Assembly: GCA_000708835.1 (NCBI GenBank)
Contig: DF237190.1
Span: forward strand, 65,137 to 129,136
Origin: Klebsormidium nitens
Lineage: Eukaryota > Plantae > Klebsormidiophyceae
DNA: 64,000 nucleotides
Direction of reading: 5' to 3'
Positions 35,757 through 47,200 of the stretch are shown piece by piece; positions within the stretch are counted from its first letter, which is position 1, and each line of letters opens with the position of its first letter. Made by a program: the position numbers and the translations under genes. The notes under the pieces were generated by a model, which saw only the letters and a list, made by a program, of their open reading frames with translations, made no database searches and was not told where the DNA came from.

Positions 35757-38700
35757 ATGGCTTCAAATGTCATCGATCCGTGGGACCTTCGTTCGGAGAC
35801 GGGAAGGACCTTCCACGAAGTTAACGAGGCAAAAGAAACAGAACAAAAGGGTTGCAAACAGAAGTGGCTCTCATTTCGTGTCGGCGAACAGAAGCGGATT
35901 AGCAAAGTTCGCAAGGTCTGCCGCTTAGGTAAGTTTGGGGTCTCCAAACGGTTACTCGTTTGAGAGTAGACCTTGTTTCGCAGTCATCGCCCCTTGTCTT
36001 CTTACAACTTTTCTGAAGTATTTGATTGCAGTCAAGTGTGGGATCGTCTGCTTCTTGTAGGGATGGTGGCCTGCAATGTGCTTCTCTGGCACATATTGCT
36101 TCAAATGGAAAAGAGCCTCCATGTCCGATTCTTTTCCCATATGAAACAGTCTACCGAATAAAAATCGGTGTCGTTTTCAATTCAAGCTGTTCGGACCCTT
36201 GATCTCCTGATTCTGAGTTCGAAGGCTTTCAGAGATACTCTGAGGAATTTTGGAAAACCTGGAAGGGCTTCTATTGTGCGGGCGTGTTTTCTTTACAGTT
36301 GGCACGGCTCGTTATCCACTCCTCGAAGGATCCCGGAACGGTCCTTCCGTCACTGTTCAGGGGGGACCTACAGCAGGCGCTCCACGCAGGTCCGGTACCC
36401 CCTCTTTTGGAAACTATGGAATACGACGGCGTCCATCTTCAAGACCTTATGATTGCCCCATTTCGTCTGCACCCAACCGAGCACTTCTACCGGGCACTGG
36501 GAATCGACGGTCAGGATTCGGACGCGGCCGCGCGGAAGTCGCCGATCTGGGACATGGTCGCAGGGTTTCTGGAGGGGTGCGCGAGCGCGCTGGTGCGCGC
36601 GGCCGCGGAGGCGCTGCAGGACCTGGGGCAGGACGTGGAGACGGGGGGGCGCGAGCTCTTGGATCAGGTACGCGCGCGCACACGAGGCTATGTGCGTAAG
36701 CTGTGTTGAATGTAGTTGTGGGTCTGTTCAAACCTGAAAATAAGGTCACCCGATCAACCCACAAGTAGGACATAATGAAAGGATGCAAGAGTATGAAGAA
36801 GGTCCACTGCGCTTGATTGTCATCCACAATCTGAAGGGACCAGATTGACGTTTCACATCCTCTGCTTTTGAACTGCCTGCACACCTTCGGCAAAACTCCG
36901 GGGCGAACCAGCAGGGCACATCCTGACCTGTCTTAGCTTTTACCACCCGGGGCTTCAATGCCAGGGGCTCTGAAGAAACAAGAAGTTACTTGTCGCCCAT
37001 ACAGAAATGTACTGAAAGCTTCTCTCTTGAGGTTGTTTCTTTCTCGCAATTACAGCTGATTCGCTGCCACGTGGACGCGATCGTCGCACGCCACCTGGGC
37101 GCACTGCGCGCGATGCGCGTGTTCGAGGTCATCCGCCGCGCGGCCGAGCAGACGATCAGTTCCAAGACCGCGCGCCTGTGCACCAAAATGAAGCGGGGAA
37201 GGCAGAGGACGTGGGGCGTCCCAAACGGACATGGGCAGAAATCGAAGATGATGCGCGTCGAGGAGGCGTGCAGAGGCTTGGCTGAAATCGGGAGGAACAA
37301 GGTAAAGATCTTCCGAGGAACAAGGATAAATCGGAAGGGAATCCAATTTGAGGTTTTTGCCATACGAGAAGCATCACTGTACGACTGCATTCTTGTTGAG
37401 CAATCTCTGATATGATCGGCGGCTGTGCTCAAAGCCACGAGATCACGAGACGGCTTTTGCAACCTGTCAGGCTCTTTCAAGAGAGTCAGGATTCGTTTTC
37501 TGCTTGGTTTCTTGGTCTTTTTGGGACCCTCACATCAGTTTTCAGATGCCCCGGCAACGCTACTTGACGTCACCATGGGCTTCCCTCAGATTCCTCTTGT
37601 CCCCTCCGATGCTCGCAACCGTCAGAACGCCACCCGTCATCTTGTTTTCCAGGACTCGCAGTGGCGCTTCAGCGGATCGTAACATCCGCGGAGTTCGGAG
37701 GGCACGGCAATATCAAACTTTCTTGGATATCTATCAAGGATTGAGGGGTCCACAACCTCAAATATGTTTTTGCTCCATCTTGCAGGAAATTGAGCTGTTC
37801 ATGATGCTCCTCAAGCCGACGTTCTCCAACATTCGCGTCGACATCAAGAACCTGCCCCATCAGCTGGACCCTCGGGAGCTCCTGACCCTCATCAAACCCG
37901 CGCGCCTCGCCGCGCGCGCGTCCTTGCTCGCGCGCTCCCACTCCCTGCAAACCAAATTCGCGCGTTTACTCAGTGTCGAGCGAGGACAAACGGAGCCGGA
38001 ACACGCAGAGGGGGACGGAAGAGAGTGGACATTCATCGAAACGAGGGACTTGCTGAACTGTCTGAACCGCGCGTTTGAAGATTCTGCTAAGTCGCGCGAC
38101 GCGGCCTTGGAGAGGGGTTTAGAGAACCCTGAGGTGCGCGAGGCGGCCGCGGGCCGCTCCTTGGAGGGAATGATAGCGTATGTGCGGCAATTGGAGGGCC
38201 TCTTCAGTGCAGCGGACCAAGGGGGGCTGAAGTTTGCGGAAGATTCCTTTGAGGCGGCAGTGCGCGCGCGGGAAAAGGGTGGTTCCGGCCGGGATGCGTG
38301 GCGGAACGGGCTGCCGGAAGACTACGTACGAGAGGACTCGGACATTCTGCAACTGCTCAAGGTGAGTTTGTCACGCTTCTTGCTCGTTGCGAACTTCTCG
38401 GTGAGAAGAAACACGTGTCAATTGGCTTCGATTCACGTTCATGAATTCTTTTCTGATTTGCATGACGAAGTCCCAGATCTGACACAGGGCCGTCTCTGTG
38501 CATTGAAAGGGCTGGAAAGCATCGGATACTTCAGCAGAGTGATGTTGCCGCCGTTCCTTTGCTCATAGAAGAATATCCAGCACCACTCACGCACTCCGCT
38601 ATCGCTCCTCCCGAAAATATTGTTGCTTACAAAATCAAACGCTATATGCCTTTCTTTTCATTCGAGACGTCAGGATATTCTGTTTTGACACCTCTCGGAG

Positions 38701-41567
38701 CAGACTTCCGTGGCTGTCGATTTTCCAGCCTTCTCAATGAAACAAGTTTTAACCGGACAATGACCACTACTTAGCAGTACGTCCAGAAGAGAGATTAATG
38801 ACGTCAAACTGTTGCAAACTGCTCTCCATTCAGGCGGTCACCCAGTTTTACCACCGCTCGCGCGGGATCCTGACGCTGCGCGCGCGCAAGGCGGCCGATC
38901 GGGAGGTCATCGCCGGCATACTCAATCGCGCACAAGCGCGCAAAAAAGCAAAGAGGATTCAAGCCGAGGAGAAAATCCCGCGTTCGGACGTCCGGAGTAC
39001 AGAAAAGGCGTCCGAAAGCATGACCGATAGGACCCGCGAAGCAGACGAACAGGCCCAGGAGAACGGGGCCGTTGGTCTGATGGGTGATCAAAGCGGGGCG
39101 GGGCCCGAGGGAAGAAACGGAAACAGAAACGGAAGTGAAAACGGAAACGGAATTGGAAACGGATTGGGAATCAGAGGGGCGTCGGGAGGTGATTGCATGG
39201 GCCAACGCTTTGAGAAGCAGATTTGGGATGAGTCTGAGGGGATGTTTGTCGTGAAACGGGGGATCATCCTGAGAGGTCCGATTGTCAGTAAAGCACGCAT
39301 GGTGACCCGGCAGTCGGTTTTTGAGGTCCGGTACGACGGAGGCCGGACCGGCGAGGTCAGCCTCCGGCCGGAAGAGCGGAACAGCGGAACGGACCGGAAG
39401 TTAGTCCCAAGGGGTTCGTTGGGCAGTGACGGGTCAGGTGATCGGCCCTCGGTGGGGGAGGAGGGCAGCTGCAGCGGAAACGGAAAACGGAAAAGAATCA
39501 CAGACGGAAACGAGACTGGATGCGGGGACATGAATAGCAGCGGGAATCTGAACGGAAACGGAAACGAAAACGGAAGCGGAAACGGAGCGGCTCCAAAGCG
39601 CTGGCAGGCGCTCGAGGTGGGCTGGTGCCTGGAGCGGCTGTGCGCGCTGTACGGCGCGTCGGCGGACGCGTTCCGGACGGCGCTCCGCGACTACGAGGCG
39701 TCCGCGCTGCCGGACGGCGTCCGAATTCAGTACAAGCCGCGCAAAACGGGCGACCGAGTGGATAAGTACTACTGGTACGGAGACTTTCGGACGGACAGTC
39801 TGGTGAAGCTCCAGCAGTTCTTCGACGAACTTTCGGGCGCCGAGTGTGCGCCAAAGCCGAAGGCGCGCGCGCCGCCCTCGTGCGGCAAGGGTGTGCAAAA
39901 GCCGAAGACGCGCGCGCAAGAGGAGGGCGGCCGCGGCTCGCGGCCGCAGCTGACGCCGGCGCAGAAGAAGGAGGTAAAGGAGAGAATGGAGGAGGAGCGA
40001 TGGCCGAACTACACGTCGGAGCGCCAGGAAGGTCGCACTGCGGGTGGGTAGTCCGTACGACACTGTTGCAGCCAAAGATTGACACGGGGTGATCTTTCCA
40101 GTCTGCCGATGCGTGGAATCACGTTGCAGCCGTCGGTCCATCCCGTCAGACCTTTGAGGATCAGCAGATCGGCTTGCGGCAGAGTCAGTTTGTTCGGAGC
40201 TTGGCGAAACTGCTACGAGCTGTTTGAAAACTCGTGTGCAATATCCGATGGAGTCAAGCTCGTTTTTCTAGCTTTTGCAGCAATCTGCGCGATCACCGCG
40301 GAGCGAGGTTGCGCCCCAAATGTATCGTATTCGTGTCGTATACGGGCCTATGAAATCTTACTCTTCACTTTGAAATCTTGAAAGCAGAGGGGGGAGCCTG
40401 TTTTTTCATGCACACCTCTCTCTTCTCCAACTTCTTCAGGTAAAGTGGACTGCTACTAAATGACCCCGCACCGAAAGCTTTTCCGTTCGCTTGTTAAGGT
40501 ACGCCCAAAGTTTTATGTTATCGGGGAATGTTAAATCAGGCCCCTGTGCTGCTCTTGATGAGGCTCAGCCGTTCATTTCTCTCATCCAAGCGTTGAATTT
40601 GTTTGGCGGCGAGGCATCAGTCACCTCTGGACCTCGAGGGCTGCAAGTATCTGCCGATTGAAACCTTGCGCGCTCTCAGAGTGTGCCAAAATTCATTTCA
40701 GTGCGCATGAGTACCTTGTTGCGGAGCAACTCACTTCGCTGCAGGAGATATGGAAGGCAGTGTTAGAAAATTTCTACAGTACGGTCGAAGCCAGTATTTC
40801 TTGTGGGCCGTATGGCCGGTAAAAGCCAGACTATGTGGGCAGTTTTACGAGTCTCTGCTTTGCAGAGGACCGTGCTTAAAGGCGCGAGCGATTGCCTTGG
40901 TTGATTGGCTTTTTGTCTCGTGTTGCAGGTCCACAGTTACCTACAGAAGATCGATGCGACGAAGGGGAAGCGAACGGTCTCCGACGATGAAGAGGATCGG
41001 CCGGTGAGGGCTCACAATCTTTCTGTTGACTTCTCTTGACGCTTCGGTAGGTTCCGTCGTCCACTGACGCACGCACTTTGGCTAAAACGATATTTTGTGG
41101 AGCATTAGGTCTCGAAAAGGTTGTGATCTTTCAAAAAGTGAAAGAATCGGGCAAGAACGCCAAGATCGTGAGTCTGTGGTTAGTATGTGTGATGTACGCC
41201 CCCCTGTGAGATCTCGTTGATAACTTGAAGCAGAACATTGATTCTTGACTGGAGGACACATTCCGGCATGGTGTTTGGACATGACAGAATCCAAACGCTT
41301 GCCATACTTGGCTAACCCTCGTTGATGTCGGTCCGGGATCCTGTTTAAAACCCTAAAACCCTAAAACCCTGAAACTTTTAAGGATCTGCATAGCCCTTGT
41401 TTTTTCTATCGGCGATCAACCAAAGATCTTGTCCACTCTTGGCTAACCAAACAAGCCTAATGATCTGCAGTTCCTCCTACCTATAACTGTCCACTTCCAT
41501 CGTTTTGCAGCTGTGTCAGCTAGAATCGGAGCGGCCCACGACAAAAAAGAAGCGTCCAAAAGCCTGA
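35757..41567 (+). pseudogene. Copy 2: inverted paralogue lacking the GTPase exons, with a premature stop in the second MBD
   Basis: Exon 1 from 35757 (MASNVIDPWDLRSETGR) is homologous to copy 1 MAPDGSDPWDLRSETER. Then 36299-36667, 37056-37301, 37786-38361, 38834-40043, 40440-40498, ~40930-41004 and 41511-41567 match copy 1 exons 14-20. No equivalents of exons 2-13 are visible. TAA at 40457-40459 (KVDCY*MTPHRKLFRSLVK). Confidence 0.8.
41347..41370 (+). repeat. Interstitial telomere-type repeat (AAAACCCT)x3 in the last intron of copy 2
   Basis: Three perfect AAAACCCT units, the reverse complement of the TTTTAGGG motif. Confidence 0.85.
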
Positions 41568-44208
41568 TCGGACTCAGTGTCGCTAATATTACGACGATGC
41601 ACAACATACTTCTACCATGCGTCTCCATAGTAGAAGGCATTTAGTCGTTTACAGGCCCGCAAATACTCGGAGGTCTTCTGTAGATGCATTGCCAGTTTCT
41701 CAGTGAAGGTTTAGCGCGGGGGGCGTCAAAGCCATGTAGAGTCCTACCATTGAGCGATCAGTCACACCATGGACGGAACCCATGCATGCACGACGCTACT
41801 CAAGGGCCCCAGGACATGCTGAACCCCTATGCAGGCCCCGGTTCTGAATATTGCTGACATGTAATATGAACCGCACAGCGGTCCGTCCTTTACACGCGTC
41901 CGACATGCATATTTGCGCAACCGTAATTTCGGAAGCAAGTGCTATACCACCGCTAATATATTATGGGCAAAGCCCTATGAATCAATGCCTGATGGGTGCA
42001 TGTTATACTGCACCCAGTGCAACCGGCCAATTCTCTCGAACGCTCTCATTATGCGGCAATGTTACATAGTTGGCACACGCGTGATACATTTAGGACTTAT
42101 ACAGCTCAGTGGGAACGCTTCAGTATCTAGCGTGTTTCCGATCGATGCACGTACATATGGAATTCCGAAGCGTAGGGTCAATTGGAAATCGAGAAGCCAG
42201 TACTCGAGCCGAATCTGTTTACTGGCTCTAAGTCTGCGTCACTTCCATGAATACCAATCGGTAGCATTACAGTGCCTATCGTCACGTGGTGCACTAAGAA
42301 AACCGTGGAGCATATCTGTGACGCTAGTCATCTACATATTTTCTTATGGCCCTCTAGTACGCCTAATTCCCGGCCACTCTGGGCGGCAATGATGCGATCT
42401 CAAATGCATAGTCATTTCTAGTCTATATACCCATTGGCCCCCGCTTTCGCGTTGTAGAAGGTCCCGTTCCTTTTTCAAAGATATAGCTGGGCCCCGACTA
42501 TAAGTCTGCGTTCGAAAAAGCCGTTCTGCATGAGTTGCCAGTCGAGAGTGACTGTGAATCACCCAGATCTTGAGTTTCTTGCTTAAATGTACAATATGCA
42601 CATCATAAGCACTTTTTCAAGAGTAACCGAGGGCTCAGGAGTAAGCCACAGGAATCTTTGGGTCACTGTGAAGCAGGAATTGTTTCTTGGGCCTGGCGCA
42701 TGCTGTGGGTCGCTTGCATGCCGGCCTAGCCCCTTGCGTTACCTTAGAAAGCAGGGGCAGAATAGCTATGCCTCGGATCCCACTGAGAAGGGCAGTTTTG
42801 ATGCGATTGACGAAACTTTTGGTTTCGAAGCCTACAACCCGGTCAATTGAACCCACTTTAACGGCCTGTCAGGCGCCAAAAGACCCGGAGCCTGAAATGT
42901 TTCTGGAGACGCTTGGAGCACACATTCTTATCGCATCATCGCTTCGCAGACCAAAAGGAACAGTGCTAGAGGGATTGTGAGCACCTTACCTACGGGCTGC
43001 CTTTGTCAGCAAGGTGACCTCCTTCCCGTTCTCCCACTCCCTTCATGTACTCGTGCACCTAGAAATGGAGGACAGCGACAAGGAGAGAAAAAGCTTTGTC
43101 GAAATTTATAAGCTTGCCCATGCCGGGGGCTTTTACTGTCTTTCTGATCCTACAAGAGGGATTCTTCTTACTAGCCCGCGGGAACCGGTGCGCGTTTGGA
43201 CACTTCCCGCATTTGGAAGCACTCTCGCAAACATACTCAGAATCAACGATCGCAAATGGGGTTGGCAGACGGCGACTAGGTCGACAAATGAACCAGAGTC
43301 ATGAGTTGCAGGGATGAATTATTGCTACGATCCCTGACTGGAAGCTTTCCGGGTAAACCCGGAGAAACTTTAGAAATATGAAAGATGGTTCTTATGGGGT
43401 TTCACATTCACAGAAAGGTTTGGCGGCTGACCCACATTGATGAGCAGACTTCGAGTCTCAGGTTAGTGTAGAAACAGGCGGTACTGAACCCTGCTCAAGA
43501 CTGGCTACCGCCCACTTCTGGTCATTGTACATGTAAGCACTTAACCAATCCATAAACAAGATATATTCAAGGCCCGAAAGTCCCTGTGGCTTCAGCCAAA
43601 GACTCACCGTGACCAGCGACCGAAACTTCCTGCCCTGTGGGGAGACGTAGTAGCTGTCACTCGTTCCTGTTGCAACGAAGAGCAAGGTTTCAGCAAAAAG
43701 GGGAGCGCGATCCAGTACAAAAGAGAAATGAGACGATCCAATCTTTCGGTGGTTTTTGAAAGTTTGACGGAAGTACACGTGTGAAGAAGATTGACTATAT
43801 GGTTAACTACTCGCATCCCCTAAGCCTTTACTAGACTCTAAAGAATTGATCGCGGTATTATGAGACGTCTTCACTTTGGAGAATCGGGAGAGTCACAATT
43901 TCAGAGGCAATCAGCCTTCTGAGGCTTGATTGCAAGATCCAATTGCGTCTTCGCTTCTCTGTAGTCCTACTCAAGCACGAAACGCCTGTTGAGCCAGGAA
44001 GTCCCTGACCGAGTTTTAGCAATCTCGGTCGAATTCCGGTCGGATTTCCAGCGCGGTCAAACTCTCATGCATAAATATTGCAGGAAATAGCAGGACAATT
44101 ACTTCCGGAACGGCCGGCAAAGTTTCTCGTGAGATGGAGAAGCGAAAGCTTTGAAGGCCCGAAGCACACAAAGAAAATTGCCCACCTGCCGTGACGCCCG
44201 CCTTCCGC

Positions 44209-44228
44209 NNNNNNNNNNNNNNNNNNNN
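44209..44228. other. Assembly gap (20 N) inside the second MBD of copy 3
   Basis: A run of N in the sequence. Confidence 1.
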
Positions 44229-47200
44229 CCTGTCGTGCCTTGCCTCCCACGACTCGCGCACAGCGCGCGGACCGGCGCGCCGCCCGCCTTCTCGTCGAAG
44301 AACTGCTGAAGCTTGACGAGGCTGTTGTTCGGAACGTCTGCGCGGGCTCAGAGGGATCCCCACGCCACTCATAGATGTAGTACCTGTCCGTACGGTCGCC
44401 GGACGCCCGGGGCCGGTACTCGATTCGGACGCCGTCCGGCAGAGCGGACACTTCATAGTCGCGCCACGCCTTCTGGAAACCCTGCGCCGACGCGCCGTAC
44501 TGCGCGCCCAGGCGCTCCAAGAACCAGCCCACCTCGATGGCGCGCCAGGGTCTCGCTAGGGATCCGTTTCCGTTTCCGTTCCCCTTCCGCTCTCCGGTTT
44601 CGTTTCCGTTGCCGCTTGCTTTTCCGTCCTTTTCCGACGCTTTTTCGAACGCTTCGACGCCCGCGCTGTGCCCTTGCTCCATAACAGCGTCGCCGTCACC
44701 GTCAGCCGGGGCGGCGGCTGTCGCCTTCTTTCCGTTTCCGCCCTTGCGATGCGCTTTCCGTGGGCCTTCCGCTTCCTGTTCGAACGGGTTCTCATCAAAA
44801 AGCTGCGCCTTTTGGAGCCCGGTTGTCTCCTCCCGACCGTCGTCGTACCTCACCCTGTAGACCGACTGCCGAGTCGCTCTTTTTCCTAAAAACGGCCCCT
44901 CTAACACCACCCCGGTTCTGATCACGAAGTGCAGCTTCTTCTCGTCCCAAAACTGCTTCGCGAACCAGCGCGCGCGAGCGCGCTCATTGGATTCCGGGGT
45001 CCCTTTTCCAGCCGACTCCACACCAGTCTTTACCTTACAATCATTTTCCTCGGGGCCTTCTACCGCCACGTTCTGACCGGGGGATGCCCCCCGTTCTTCT
45101 TCTTCGCTGCCTGTATTCCGTTTCGCAAACCGGTCCTTGATCTCAACAAGCTGGGGCCCCTCTACGCTGACCGCTCTGGACCGCTTCGTTTCCGTCCCTT
45201 TCGATTCCGTTCCGTTCCGTCCCCCCTCGTCCTCGCCTAGTCCGGCGGCACGCGCACGCTTGAGTGCGGCCATAGCACCCTCGCTTCTCGGTGACTCCCC
45301 GGCAGCTGTCTCATTTAAGTTTGCCCCCAACCTTATCCCCTCCAAACGCGCGTGCTTCGCGGGCGCGGCCGCGGAACCGAAGCCTGAAGGCGACCGTTTC
45401 GCCAGAGTCTCCCTGGCGGCGTCGCCCACCAGCCCCTTTCCCTTGCCGGCGTTCGCGGCGGCGGCTGCGCCGAGGACCCTAAATCCTCCCCCTCTTTTTG
45501 ACTCCGCTGCCGTGTTTCCTTTCTTTCCCGGTTGTCCACCTGAAGCTCTGGCGTTAGGTTGCCGAATCGAAGAGTCGGGGCCATCCCTCTGTGCGGGAGT
45601 TTGCTCGGCCTTCATCACTGAACGGTTGAGGATCTTGGCGATCTCTTCCCGGTCGGAGGCCTTGTGGGCCCGAAGATTTGGGGAAGAACTCAACCGGTGA
45701 TGAAGCTGGTTGATGGCCTGTATGAGATGAAGCCGCTCTGGTCAACTCACAAGTGGCAGGAATCATAATCGGATTCAAGACACAACATGTTTTGCGAGAC
45801 TCGGCTCGCTTGGAAACCCCGCTCAAAGCCCGCTCGAATTCAATGATTTGTAGGCGACGATGTAATTTGAATGAGAGAAGACGTCCCAGGAACAGGTGAA
45901 CCTGACTCTGCCGTACGGAATGTAGCCAGGAGAGAGAGTTTTGTAAGAGGGCAAAAGTGTCGCCGGTTTAACGTAAGGAATTCTGCTTGGGAACCAGTTT
46001 CCTCTGTTCTCCATAAGCTTTTGCTGGATCCCTTCCCTTCTGCGGTTTCGAAACCTACTCTTAACAAGTAAACCTTCCAAAGACGCACGACACGCGAATT
46101 GTTTAAGACGGGGAACATCAGAAGTCCATTTCACTTTGTCAATTCCCAAACTCTTGCAGGTATCGTACTCCTCTTAATCATAAGCCAGCATTTTTAAATG
46201 CCTTACCTTGAGCAAGCGTAACAGATCAGAGTCCGCTCGCGCGTACTCCTCCGGGAGGCCCATCTGCACTCTTTCGCGACCGGGGCTATCCCCCGACCCA
46301 GACAGCTCTCCCCGCGCCGCTTCCGCAAAACATCCCTGGGCGAACTTCAGTCCCCCCTCATCCGCGCTTCCGAAGTAACGCTCCAGCTGTCGAACGTACT
46401 CCATTGCTTCGTTCGCGGAACACTCCGCAGCCGCGCCGCGCGCCTCCGAGCTCAGAACCCCCCACAGAACCTTCGCTCGGTTCTCGTCTGAACCCCCAAA
46501 CCCCGCGCGCTCGAGCGCCGCGAGGAGGTCGCGCGTCTCGCCGGCGCCCCAGTCTCTCCACTCTGCCACGTCATCGTGCTCTGTGCCCACGTCATCAAGA
46601 CCTTCTTCGATGAGAAGCACTTCTCCAAGCCTTGTCTGCAGACTTTGGGCGCGCGCGAGCAGGGATGCGAGCGCGGCGAGGTGCGCGCGCTTCATGAGGG
46701 TGTGCAGCTCGCGCAGGTTTAGGCGGGGGAGGAGGGACCGGAGGTCGGCCGTAACATGAGACAGCGCTTGCCTTAGCCGGGACGCGATTCCCTCCACAAT
46801 CTGCGGACAGAACGGCGGAGTAAGCGGGGTTTCATATGGGGTTGGAATCGTTATCCGCTTTGAATTCTTATAGCGGCTCGATAGGACTTGCGATGCAGGT
46901 AGGATCCGATGAAGGACCGATAAGAAGGAGAAGTGGAGGAAATACAAGATGAGGACAGGAAGGACCACCAAGGGAGAACGAATTCGCAATCTAACATTAC
47001 TTTCTCCACCAGTGGGCTCTGAAGTTATACCAGCTATTTGCAGCCCAAACGACTTCGACTTATGCATTTTCTATATAACTTCATACCAGGCTTCTATCAC
47101 CAGATTTCAGACCCCTTACTTTTCTGTCACTTTGACAAGTGACAGAACTGGATCTTGAGAGAAAGGCGTCAACTGTAGGCTTGACGAGCAGAGCTTTCCG

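Noticed and set aside
41850-42600. LTR-retrotransposon integrase relic (YYGQSP)
   Set aside because: A single short motif with no LTR, PBS or other pol motifs.
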